DNA of 64,000 nucleotides from a virus, in IMG/VR virus record IMGVR_UViG_3300045684_000013, positions 2,407 to 66,406 of that record; one strand, given 5' to 3'. Every line of letters begins with the position of its first letter. Within the stretch, counting starts at the first letter, position 1. The translations under genes were made by a program, and so were the position numbers. Below, piece after piece: positions 29,840 through 39,319 of the stretch. A model generated the notes under the pieces. It saw nothing but the letters and a program-made list of their open reading frames with translations, ran no database searches and had not been told where the DNA came from.

Positions 29840-30645
29840 AAACTGAAACAATAGTCAGACACAGTGCTGACATGAAGGAATTTATGAAAGTCAGTTTCAC
29901 TGTGAACGTCACCACGGAAGGCCAGTTCAGCACAACGCTGAAGCCAGAAGATGTGGACACCATTGAAGCTGCTGGTGTCAGCCTTGAACACCACAGAAAC
30001 AGAATGAACAACAAAGGATTCTTTGATGCGCCAACACTGTCAGCTTTGAATTTACAGGTGGCTGAAGTGCTGGATGAATGTTTGTCACGTGTGCTGGAAT
30101 CAGAAGTCATCATCATCAGGTATGCCATCAGATCCACATGCAGTTTTGGCCTGACAGTTGATGGTGAAATAATACCCAATTTGAACTGGGAGACTGATGG
30201 TGAAGTTGATCAGCAGAAAGGCTGGCAGGACGGAAGCCACAGCACACATTCTGCCAGTCCTGCTGCAACTGGTGTTCTGTTTTATGCAAAGCCATTTGTA
30301 AAAAGATCATTCAGATATAAGTCTGGTGACGTTCGTGTGGAATATGGCAATATTGAAGAATGGGATCATCACGGAAACACAGAAACACCAACAGATGAAA
30401 CCAATTACAATCTTCGCTATTTGGACACCATTGCAGCCACTGTTCCACCTTCTGGATATAAGGTCAGAACCGTTGAAATGGACTACAACGAAGACCGTGC
30501 AGCCTTCTTTGTCAAGCTTTACAAAGGCCTGTGCAAATTGGCTTTCATGCTTGGAACCTTGCATGATAAAGACAAGATGATACAGATGATTGAATCTGGT
30601 GGCCAGTTATTTTTGACAGCACCTCCAAATCAAATCGAAGAATGA
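29827..30645 (+). CDS. hypothetical protein
   Basis: 272 aa coupled ORF. Confidence 0.65.
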   Translation: MGRLKTETIVRHSADMKEFMKVSFTVNVTTEGQFSTTLKPEDVDTIEAAGVSLEHHRNRMNNKGFFDAPTLSALNLQVAEVLDECLSRVLESEVIIIRYAIRSTCSFGLTVDGEIIPNLNWETDGEVDQQKGWQDGSHSTHSASPAATGVLFYAKPFVKRSFRYKSGDVRVEYGNIEEWDHHGNTETPTDETNYNLRYLDTIAATVPPSGYKVRTVEMDYNEDRAAFFVKLYKGLCKLAFMLGTLHDKDKMIQMIESGGQLFLTAPPNQIEE

Positions 30646-32357
30646 GCAACATACAACCAAGATGGTACCAGATGCCATCAATCAGCAGTCTGCTGGATGG
30701 CTGGAATCTGCAACAGCCTGAAGCATCTGCATACAAAAGGCAGTTGCTTCAGGCACCAACTGGTGCAGGTAAGACATTCATTTTCAATTATATTGCTGAT
30801 TGTCTGATTGAATCAGGTCATGCACCAGTTCTGGTGTTGTGCCATAGGGTGGAACTGGTCAAGCAGGCTGCACAAAAATTCTGGCAATGGTTTGGCGGTC
30901 ACGCTGATATTATAAAAAGTGGTATGGGCAGGTCACGTTCATTCCCTTTCAAGGTGGCCAGCATCCAAACACTGCATGCCAGACTGAAGAAAAAAACGGT
31001 TGAAGAAATATTTGGCATTGTGCCCACTTTGGTCATTGTTGATGAATGCCACCACCTGAAAGCCAAAAGCTGGCTGGAAGTAATAAACGCATTCCCTGAT
31101 TCGCTTTTGCTTGGTGTGTCAGCAACGCCAATCAGAATGGACGGCACAGGTTTCAGTGAATGTTTTGACAGGCTTGTGCCATTCATACAGGTCAGGCAGC
31201 TTGAAGACATCTGGAAGGCTGACAGCAGCAGGCTGACAGGGCTGGTGCCTGACTTGATTCATCAGGTGAAATTGATACCAGATGCCAGAAAGCTGAAGGT
31301 CAAGGCTGGTGAATATGACATGAAACCACTGAATGAAATTCTGAACACAGATGAAACGTGTCAGACCGTTGTTAACTTCTGGAAAGCGCACGGTGGAGGT
31401 GATGAACAAACCATTGCATTTTGCATCAAGGGTGGCAAGGGAATTGAAAAAGGCCATCATCAAAGGTTGGCAGAAACCTTCATCAAAAATGGTGTCACTG
31501 CTGCATATTTGGATGGCAAAACAGATGACATTTTGCGTGACCAGATTTTGAAGGGCTTTGAAAGAAAAGAAATTCAGGTTTTGTGCAACATTGAAATTGC
31601 AACAGAAGGCTTTGATGTGCCCAACATTGGCTGCACCTTGATGTGCAGGCCAACAAAGTCGCTGGCATTGCATATTCAGATGGCAGGACGCGGCAAGAGG
31701 CCATCAGCAGGCAAAAACGTCCACATTATGATGGATTTCGTGGGCAATTGCCTGCTTCATGGCAGGCCAAATGAAGAAAGAAGCTGGACGCTTGAAGGCA
31801 TTAAGAAAAAGAAGAAGAAAAAGACACTTGTTGATGTGGATGGCCAATTGATGGACATTGATGATTTTGAAAACATGGATGTTGACACCACTGGCATTCC
31901 AATGACTTATGAAATAATTGAAATTGAATCTGATGACTTCAGGTTTGCAGGATTCAAAGAAATCCTTTTCAATGTCAGGGAAAATTACAGAAATCCAGAT
32001 GATGCAATAAAGGCTGCATTGGCACAATGGTACGCTGAAGTGAACCACAGCCCTGACATCATTGAACTGACAGCAATTGCACGTCACGTTTTTCCAGATC
32101 AAAACAAAGCAAATTGTGAGCGTTGGGCATGGTCAAGATATGAGAAATTCAAGCTAATTAATCAAATGATTGACACCTGTCAGAATGTCAGGCAGGCAGG
32201 CGACATCATTGATGCCATTGATGCTGTATTTGTTCAGCAGGGAGATGTACAAATAAAGGTGCCATTGGCTGGCCATTTTGGATTGAAGACCAAGGTCACA
32301 AATATGATCAGAAGCAGATGGCTGCCTGATTATGTTCCAAGTGCAGCAACTAGATAA
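30642..32357 (+). CDS. superfamily 2 DExH helicase
   Basis: APTGAGKT, DECHH, SATP, TEGFDVP, QMAGRG. Confidence 0.95.
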   Translation: MSNIQPRWYQMPSISSLLDGWNLQQPEASAYKRQLLQAPTGAGKTFIFNYIADCLIESGHAPVLVLCHRVELVKQAAQKFWQWFGGHADIIKSGMGRSRSFPFKVASIQTLHARLKKKTVEEIFGIVPTLVIVDECHHLKAKSWLEVINAFPDSLLLGVSATPIRMDGTGFSECFDRLVPFIQVRQLEDIWKADSSRLTGLVPDLIHQVKLIPDARKLKVKAGEYDMKPLNEILNTDETCQTVVNFWKAHGGGDEQTIAFCIKGGKGIEKGHHQRLAETFIKNGVTAAYLDGKTDDILRDQILKGFERKEIQVLCNIEIATEGFDVPNIGCTLMCRPTKSLALHIQMAGRGKRPSAGKNVHIMMDFVGNCLLHGRPNEERSWTLEGIKKKKKKKTLVDVDGQLMDIDDFENMDVDTTGIPMTYEIIEIESDDFRFAGFKEILFNVRENYRNPDDAIKAALAQWYAEVNHSPDIIELTAIARHVFPDQNKANCERWAWSRYEKFKLINQMIDTCQNVRQAGDIIDAIDAVFVQQGDVQIKVPLAGHFGLKTKVTNMIRSRWLPDYVPSAATR

Positions 32358-32410
32358 ATAAAAAAACGTATATTAGCTGAAACATTTTTTTCAACATCAA
32401 TATTGAAATC

Positions 32411-34144
32411 ATGACAGAAAAACAAACCAGTGGCCAGCTTTACAATGGCCTAAAACTGGAAGTAGTAACACAGCAGGGCGATTTGCCACAGAAGCCACCA
32501 ATTTTGCTGATATATGGTGCAGCAGGCATTGGCCTGACAACCTTGGCAGTCACTGCCAGCGAAAATGCATTATTGATTGACTTTGATGACAGTGCAAGAC
32601 GTGCTGCCTTTCAGGCCAAAGAAACCATCATTTTTCAGAAGTACGAACACATTGTTGAAGCCATTCACAAAGGCTGGTTTCTGGCAATGCGTTCAAGGTT
32701 TGACACCATCATTCTGAATGGCCTGAATGAACTGGTGTCTGATTCAATTATACCTGCTATTCAGCGGAATTTTCCAATGACACAGCAGCCTGAACACTTT
32801 CTTGAAATGTACAGGCTAGTTGGTGAAGCCTTTCAGGAATTATTTGCCACCATCACTGACGCAGGGTTTGCCGTTGTGATCACAGCAGACAGGGCAGAGC
32901 AGAAGACATTGGCAGGCACTGACCATGCAAGATGGCAGCCTGCTGTGATTGGGAACAAAGTTTTGAATATTGTCATGAATCGTGCTGACATGGTTGGTTT
33001 CCTCCACATGGTCGGTGGTGACATCAGGTATCTTTCATGGAATCCTTCAGCCAGCTATGAAGCCAAAAACAGTGCGGGCCTGCCCACACTGAAAGTTGAA
33101 TCAGGTGGCAATGATGATTTCAGAAGCCTGCTTGCAAATCATGTCATCAAGCCACTGGCAGAAATGCAGAAAAACATGCTGTCTGGCAGCCGTGCCACTT
33201 TGATCAATTCATTTGAATCCAGCCTGCTTCAGGCACCAAATCAGCAAGCTATCAACACGCTGAAGACGCAAATTAACAGCCTTGCAGCTGACCTTCAATT
33301 CGTACTGGCTGGCTCTGTGGAGGCAGCAGAAAAAAGGGTGAAGCCTTTAGGTGCTGTGGATATGGAAGCAATCAAAAGCATTGTCAGAAGTAGCCCAAAA
33401 TTTGCAAACAAGTTTCCAGAAAGCATGCAGGTGGCTGACCCTTCTGACCACAGTGAAATGCTGGCAAAGTTGGCAGGACAAAAGGATTTGTCACTTGACA
33501 ATCCTGCCAATGCTACCTTTCTTGGGTATAATGAAGACGATGTGAACATGGCCATTGATGCAATGCAGCCAACTGGCATCAACCCTGCTGATGTTATGGT
33601 TGCTGGCCAGAAGTTTTCTTTTGTGCAGCAGGAAGCCCACACAGCCACAGAAGAAGAACTGAAGCTGATGGCGCAAACCATATCAGCTGCACAGAAAATT
33701 CAACAGCAGGCTAGTCAGTCAGATGATGTGGTGCCAACTGATTTCATTCACATTCCAGATGCTGAATTGAAAGCCATTGACACACTTTCATCAAACGTGC
33801 AGAAAATTGCCTCCACTTTTGGTGCAATTGTTGACATTCCCACTGCCAGCCAGCACAACAGCAATGAAATGGTTGCACAGGCAGTGTTGGCATTGACTGG
33901 TGTGGCAGAACTGCTGAAAAGAAAGGATGCCATCAATATTGAAACCGTCAAAACATGGGCCTTGGTTCCAAGGCTTCAGAAAATGTACAACTTCACACCC
34001 GAAATGGTTTCTGCCTTCAGCGCAGAACAATGGCAGCACATCATCATGGAAGCAAATAACAGTATAAAGGCCAAAATTGCACTGAATGAATCTGAAATGC
34101 CTGATGGCAGTGATGAATCAGACGACCTTGATTTGCCATTCTGA
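32411..34144 (+). CDS. AAA_24/Sak4-like protein with degenerate Walker motifs and acidic DLPF tail
   Basis: LLIYGAAGIGLTT, LLIDFD, ADMVGFL, YEAKNS; ends DDLDLPF. Confidence 0.7.
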   Translation: MTEKQTSGQLYNGLKLEVVTQQGDLPQKPPILLIYGAAGIGLTTLAVTASENALLIDFDDSARRAAFQAKETIIFQKYEHIVEAIHKGWFLAMRSRFDTIILNGLNELVSDSIIPAIQRNFPMTQQPEHFLEMYRLVGEAFQELFATITDAGFAVVITADRAEQKTLAGTDHARWQPAVIGNKVLNIVMNRADMVGFLHMVGGDIRYLSWNPSASYEAKNSAGLPTLKVESGGNDDFRSLLANHVIKPLAEMQKNMLSGSRATLINSFESSLLQAPNQQAINTLKTQINSLAADLQFVLAGSVEAAEKRVKPLGAVDMEAIKSIVRSSPKFANKFPESMQVADPSDHSEMLAKLAGQKDLSLDNPANATFLGYNEDDVNMAIDAMQPTGINPADVMVAGQKFSFVQQEAHTATEEELKLMAQTISAAQKIQQQASQSDDVVPTDFIHIPDAELKAIDTLSSNVQKIASTFGAIVDIPTASQHNSNEMVAQAVLALTGVAELLKRKDAINIETVKTWALVPRLQKMYNFTPEMVSAFSAEQWQHIIMEANNSIKAKIALNESEMPDGSDESDDLDLPF

Positions 34145-34227
34145 AGCAGACAAAAAAAAATAAACATTGATAATAGGCTGAAGGCCACCAAAGGTGGTTG
34201 GGTGTGATGGTTGATTTCAAAAGAATT

Positions 34228-35097
34228 ATGAGCAATAAAAAAATTCAAATATCAGTCAGCAAGTTGAATCAGTATCAGCAGTATTTATTGAAAACTGAAA
34301 TGCCTGCCAAGAATGAAGATGGCACCACATACCGTGACGAAAATGGCAAAGTGAAAATGACCGTGCTGTTTCCAGACCTTGAAACACTTTTCAGCAGCTG
34401 GCTGGAAAAATCACAGGCTTCACAGGCCATGGCTGTTGGCACAGCTGTTCACCTGTTTATTGAAACGGGTGGTGAATGCAATGTTGGCCAATATGGTGCT
34501 TGGCATGGCTTTCAGGCACCACATGACCAAGGATTTGATATATTCATTCCAGACTATCAATTGACTGAAGTGAAGCAGTTTGTGGAGGCCACAAAGCATG
34601 CAAGGGAAGCTGAAGTGACGGTTGTGCCATGGGAATTTGAAATTGATGGTTTTCAGGTTGTCATCAGTGGCAAGATTGATGGCAAGCTGAATGGTGGCCA
34701 GCTGCTGGAAGATCACAAAGTATCAACATCAAAATGGAATCCAGCTAAAGATTGGGATGGCGGCAAGTCACCAAATGAAAAACTGTTTGCCAAATTTGAT
34801 GAAACCGTGCAGCATGATTTTTACATGTGCATGGCTGGTGCTGAAAAATTTGCTTACAATCAGTTTTGGTTCAGGCCTGCCAACCGTGGTGAATTGTGGT
34901 CACCTACAACTGAAGGTTGTTTTATTTTGGCTGGTCAGGCCATGTTTGAAAGAAAACCTGCCTTGGTGCCAACCATGAAGGAATATTTTGAAGCAGTCAT
35001 GCATGATTTGATTCAGACGGGATTTGCTGACAAGCTGGCTAAAAAGCAGGCATTCTGGATTGAAAAAAGATGGCCTGAAAAAACGTGGAAAGTATGA
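34228..35097 (+). CDS. PD-(D/E)XK exonuclease
   Basis: ISVSKL, GTAVH, ISGKIDG...DHKVS, Q...Y. Confidence 0.8.
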   Translation: MSNKKIQISVSKLNQYQQYLLKTEMPAKNEDGTTYRDENGKVKMTVLFPDLETLFSSWLEKSQASQAMAVGTAVHLFIETGGECNVGQYGAWHGFQAPHDQGFDIFIPDYQLTEVKQFVEATKHAREAEVTVVPWEFEIDGFQVVISGKIDGKLNGGQLLEDHKVSTSKWNPAKDWDGGKSPNEKLFAKFDETVQHDFYMCMAGAEKFAYNQFWFRPANRGELWSPTTEGCFILAGQAMFERKPALVPTMKEYFEAVMHDLIQTGFADKLAKKQAFWIEKRWPEKTWKV

Positions 35098-35190
35098 AAA
35101 TTGAAGTAGGGAAGCCGCATGAAATGAGTTTCGCTAATTTCCATGGCAAGACTCATCCATCATTAAATTACTCATTAAAATGAAAAAATA

Positions 35191-35472
35191 ATGCCAAATT
35201 ATAAAGGAAGCAACAGAACGGCAAAAGGGCTTGAACTGGAAAAGAAGCACCAGCAAAGATATGAAAAATGGTTATTAGGCAAGACCAGCACAAGCACAGA
35301 GCTTGTGAACGGCCTGCCAGTAGCTGGCAAAATCATAAAAGTGGAATACATAGGTAATTCAGTTTATGGAATTGTAAGGCTTGACATTGAAACTGGTGCA
35401 TACACGCTTATCGGTTCGATGGAAGGCCACAGGCCAACAAAGGCAGATTTTCACTTTGTTGAAGACCTTTAA
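35191..35472 (+). CDS. hypothetical protein
   Basis: ORF with A-rich leader. Confidence 0.5.
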   Translation: MPNYKGSNRTAKGLELEKKHQQRYEKWLLGKTSTSTELVNGLPVAGKIIKVEYIGNSVYGIVRLDIETGAYTLIGSMEGHRPTKADFHFVEDL

Positions 35473-35486
35473 AAACAAGAATCAAA

Positions 35487-35882
35487 ATGGAATATAACCC
35501 AACAGAACAAGGCAAGCTGCTGAAGCAGATGGTGGAGGCATGCACACCACTGGAAAAAGTCATCATCAAGGAAGCAGCTGGTGACAAGATTGTTGCACTG
35601 TGGCTTGATGGTGAATCAACAAAGGAATCAAAGCCACATTTTGACATCACTTTTGTTTGGTATTTGGTCAATGACCACACAGCAGAAGCATCAGCCACCA
35701 TCTTTCAGTCCGAAATTGAAGCAAAAGGAATGAACAGGCTGATTGAAGTGGCCATCATGTCAACTTTTGCCTATATTGAAAAAACAATTGAATTGGTTGC
35801 ACAAAACCATCAACAGCAAAGTTTTGCCACAGAAGGCCACCAGAAGCCACAGGTTGATTCAGAATCAATCAAAATCAAATAA
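35487..35882 (+). CDS. hypothetical protein
   Basis: ORF with A-rich leader. Confidence 0.6.
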   Translation: MEYNPTEQGKLLKQMVEACTPLEKVIIKEAAGDKIVALWLDGESTKESKPHFDITFVWYLVNDHTAEASATIFQSEIEAKGMNRLIEVAIMSTFAYIEKTIELVAQNHQQQSFATEGHQKPQVDSESIKIK

Positions 35883-35927
35883 GCATACAAACACACGTCA
35901 AAAATTCAACATCAATACAGGTCAAAT

Positions 35928-36356
35928 ATGAAGCCACAGAAGAAGCAGTCATTGGCAGACTGGAAAATCATTGGCAACCGTGCAAGAATTGCTGCCAGCG
36001 TATGTCAAAAGTATGGCATCAGTTTTCAGCAGCTGGACAATGCCAGCCCACACCCAATTGCACCACCATGCAGGATGGTCAATGCTGGCATGACAGATGC
36101 CCAACAGGCACAATGGGACAGCGAAGGCGCAAACTTGTCAGCAGCCTTCAGTGAATATGTCCAGCGTTGCAAGGATGCGCACTACATAAGCAGCCACCAA
36201 GCCAAACCAAAGACTGAAAAAGCAATTGGGAAAACAGCTGTAAGGGATTGCACAACATGCAATTCATTCATTCATGGCCAGTGTGGCCACGGTGCCAACT
36301 TTGGTGCCAGATGCATTGCAGAAGAAAAATATAAATTTTGGAAAAAGCAGAAATAA
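35928..36356 (+). CDS. hypothetical protein, Cys-rich C-terminus
   Basis: AACATCAA leader; CTTC...C...C. Confidence 0.6.
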   Translation: MKPQKKQSLADWKIIGNRARIAASVCQKYGISFQQLDNASPHPIAPPCRMVNAGMTDAQQAQWDSEGANLSAAFSEYVQRCKDAHYISSHQAKPKTEKAIGKTAVRDCTTCNSFIHGQCGHGANFGARCIAEEKYKFWKKQK

Positions 36357-36793
36357 TGGAAGCAGTAAAAATTGAACATCAGCAATCAGAAGTGGGTGGC
36401 ACTTATACTCCACATGAAGCCACGGTAAATGGCACCAACTACCCTGCACAACTGCCTGACAATGACAGGGCAGTGCTGGCCTTGGTTCGTGGTAAGTTTT
36501 ATACATTGCCACTGGTTGTCAGGCACGCAGACCGTAGCTGGCAATTTCATAGTTATGGACGATGGAAGTGTATAGAAAATGGCACCAACTACCCTGCACA
36601 ACTGCCCGACAATGACAGGGCAGTGCTGGCCTTGGTTCGTGGTAAGTTTTATACATTGCCACTGGTTGTCAGGCACGCAGACCGTAGCTGGCAATTTCAT
36701 AGTTATGGACGATGGAAGTGTATAGAAATTACAGAAAATGTGCTGTCATGGGCTGAATTGCCTAATGAATGGGCTGAAGAAATGAACATCTAA
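36356..36793 (+). CDS. hypothetical protein with internal 50-aa duplication
   Basis: TAATG coupling; ends VLSWAELP (DUF551-like). Confidence 0.6.
   Translation: MEAVKIEHQQSEVGGTYTPHEATVNGTNYPAQLPDNDRAVLALVRGKFYTLPLVVRHADRSWQFHSYGRWKCIENGTNYPAQLPDNDRAVLALVRGKFYTLPLVVRHADRSWQFHSYGRWKCIEITENVLSWAELPNEWAEEMNI
36427..36728 (+). repeat. 150-bp tandem duplication
   Basis: Two copies differing at one synonymous base (CCT/CCC). Confidence 0.95.
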
Positions 36794-36803
36794 TCAGGAT
36801 AAA

Positions 36804-37064
36804 ATGACAGAACCAGTTGACTTGAATGAATTGATTCAGTGCTTGGAAGTGCAGATCAGGGCTGGCAAAAATGAAGACCAGTACAAAGCTAGCTAGCGTG
36901 GCCAGCAGGGTGCAATTATCACACTTTCTGAAGCTGGTTTCTTGCTTGAAATGTTAAAGCATATTTCTGAAGGCAGAAATTTACTTGCAGTAAAGTGTAA
37001 AGCAATTGCACAAGCTGCATTGATAATTGAAAATTTTAACGCAAAAAAACAAATACAGCGAACA
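36804..37064 (+). pseudogene. ORF interrupted by in-frame TAG, in frame with the methyltransferase
   Basis: ATG 36804, TAG 36894-36896, then the frame stays open into the MTase. Confidence 0.45.
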
Positions 37065-37730
37065 ATGAAGGGACCAACAAAACCAAACAAGACCACCAGT
37101 GCCACGGCTGCTGATATGGTCATGACAAATCCAAGCACAGCAAAGTTCATCATGGATTTCTTTTGGCCATCTGGCAGGGTGCTTGATCCATGCAAGGGCA
37201 GTGGTGCATTTTATGATGCCATTCCTGCACATTGTCTGCCTTCATGGTGTGAAATCACAAAGGGTGTTGACTTCTTTGAACATCTGGAAGCTGTTGATTG
37301 GATTGTGACAAATCCACCTTACAGCATTTTTGATCATTTTCTAAAACACAGCCTGAAGTTGGCACAAAATGTTGTCTTTTTTTGCCCACTGGCAAAAGCA
37401 TTCAAGTCAAAGTCAATCATGGACATTGTTGAATCATCTGGCTTTCAGCTGGCAACGGTGATTGATATGGGTGGAGGTGGTCACCATGGCTTCAACTTTG
37501 GCTTTCCAGTTGGTGCCCTGCACTGGATGAAAGTGCCACAAAGCAGGCCACAGCACCTGAAGGCAGCCTGCAATGATATTCAGTTCAGAAGGATTCAACC
37601 AGCCGTTGTGAAGTCTTATGGCAGCCTGTGTGGCCTGTGCAGCCTGTGGAATACTGATGAATTTACATGTCAAGAATCAAGGATGCCAGATAGCAAAGGA
37701 AAATGCAGCAGATTTGGTGAATATATTTGA
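37065..37730 (+). CDS. DNA N6-adenine methyltransferase
   Basis: VLDPCKGSGAF (motif I) and IVTNPPYS (motif IV). Confidence 0.88.
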   Translation: MKGPTKPNKTTSATAADMVMTNPSTAKFIMDFFWPSGRVLDPCKGSGAFYDAIPAHCLPSWCEITKGVDFFEHLEAVDWIVTNPPYSIFDHFLKHSLKLAQNVVFFCPLAKAFKSKSIMDIVESSGFQLATVIDMGGGGHHGFNFGFPVGALHWMKVPQSRPQHLKAACNDIQFRRIQPAVVKSYGSLCGLCSLWNTDEFTCQESRMPDSKGKCSRFGEYI

Positions 37731-37870
37731 AATCAGGTTGCCTTGATTTTGGACATATTTCTGCACACATTTGTGACCCTTGCTTTTTTTTGATTCTGTC
37801 AGCAAGCTGCGCAAAAAAAAAGTGGCCAGCTTGCAACCGTCCACTTTTGTTCACTTTCAACCTTAACCTT

Positions 37871-39292
37871 ATGAATTCGCCAAGTAACAAAAAAAACAAC
37901 GGAAATGCAAACACTTGTGACCATGCAATTTCAGGCAAAATTGAACACCTGCCACAGCTGCCAAGTCAGTTTGACGCCCTGATTTCCTCCACATTTTACG
38001 TTGAAATTCATCTGCCAATTGTGCTGAAGGCACAGTTGAAGTGTGTTGGTGTGTCTGAAAAGGCCATCAGGATGCTTGAACTGATTGTCAAATTAATGGG
38101 CAAAGATGGTTTCATTTGGTATGGTTCGCGCATGGTTGGCAAGTTGGTTGGCATCAGCCACAGCAATGTGCAGCAGGCCTTCAATGAACTGGTTGACCGT
38201 GGGCTGATTATTGAAAAGCCAATGTCTGATGAATGGATTCTGCACCAGATTGAAACCTATGCACTGACAATTGGGATGGAACATCCACGGGTGGTCAGTC
38301 TTCAGGCCTTTTCCGTGATGGAATTCAGCAGAAGGCCTTTTGTGAGAAGATTGAATCAAAAGATTGTCAAAACCGTGCAAAGTGGTGGCAATTCACACGT
38401 GTTTCAGCAGCTGTATGAATTTATGAAATCACTGCCAGCTGACAAGCGAGATGAAAGGCTTTTGTCAATATTGTGCGAAAATTCAGATGTGCCTGAAAAC
38501 AGGCACGTGCCTGAAAACAGGCACGTCAACATGTGCCTGAAATCAGACCTAAACTATATAAGTCTTAAAGACTTATATTCTTATTCTTTGGAGAATGAAG
38601 AAAAGAAGGTTTCTGAAGCAAAAGATGCGGGACATGTGGAGGTGAAAAATGTGAAGCATGTGACAGGCGATCAATGTTTAAACATTGAACCTGATGAACA
38701 GGTATCTTCAACTAAAAACTTAGTTAGTAGTCATATTTACACACAGCTGCTTCACCCTGACCTGATGGCATATCTGCCAAGCCATGTGAAGGATGCGGTT
38801 TTTTGCTCTGATGATTTTCTTGATTCAATTTCATCAAGAAAGGGCATTGAAGGCATGCAGAAAGCACGTGGTGGAAAAATGCAGCCTTGGACGCCAAAGG
38901 AAGCATTCAGGGCATCAATGGTGCTGTCAGGGCTGTCAGGTGATGGCAGACAGCCAAGCATGCAGGCAGCTGTCAGAAATTGGGTGGCAAGTTATGTCAG
39001 GCAGGAAGTCGAAAGAAGCACAAACCCTGCATTTCAAAAATCAATTCAAGCCTGTGGAGGCATCAGGGCAATTTCTTCAGAAGACTTTGCAGGACATCTG
39101 AAATGGCTGGCTAATGTTTATTTCTTTCAGTGCTATTCAAGAATTTATGACATTGAGCAGGAAGGAAATGAAGTTATTGAAGCTGCATGCCTTATGTCAT
39201 TGATTTCAATGCCAGCTTTACAAATTGTCAGAATGTATCAGAACAAGGTGCAGCGAGCAGCAGCAACAAAAATGAATAAACAGCCGTACTAA
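37871..39292 (+). CDS. replication initiator-like HTH protein
   Basis: SRMVGKLVGISHSNVQQAFNELVDRGLI HTH; internal repeats; precedes the primase-helicase. Confidence 0.6.
   Translation: MNSPSNKKNNGNANTCDHAISGKIEHLPQLPSQFDALISSTFYVEIHLPIVLKAQLKCVGVSEKAIRMLELIVKLMGKDGFIWYGSRMVGKLVGISHSNVQQAFNELVDRGLIIEKPMSDEWILHQIETYALTIGMEHPRVVSLQAFSVMEFSRRPFVRRLNQKIVKTVQSGGNSHVFQQLYEFMKSLPADKRDERLLSILCENSDVPENRHVPENRHVNMCLKSDLNYISLKDLYSYSLENEEKKVSEAKDAGHVEVKNVKHVTGDQCLNIEPDEQVSSTKNLVSSHIYTQLLHPDLMAYLPSHVKDAVFCSDDFLDSISSRKGIEGMQKARGGKMQPWTPKEAFRASMVLSGLSGDGRQPSMQAAVRNWVASYVRQEVERSTNPAFQKSIQACGGIRAISSEDFAGHLKWLANVYFFQCYSRIYDIEQEGNEVIEAACLMSLISMPALQIVRMYQNKVQRAAATKMNKQPY
38489..38590. promoter_or_regulatory. candidate replication origin (palindromic iterons + AT-rich inverted repeat)
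   Basis: GTGCCTGAAAACAGGCAC x2 plus a degenerate third copy; ATATAAGTCT-TAA-AGACTTATAT. Confidence 0.55.
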
Positions 39293-39319
39293 TTCAGCAT
39301 CAACATCAACATCAACCAA

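Noticed and set aside
34228-35097. Cas4 of a CRISPR system
   Set aside because: It lacks the Fe-S Cys cluster, and the context is phage recombination.
36427-36728. Diversity-generating retroelement TR/VR pair
   Set aside because: Copies are tandem with one T/C difference, not adenine-specific, and no reverse transcriptase was seen.
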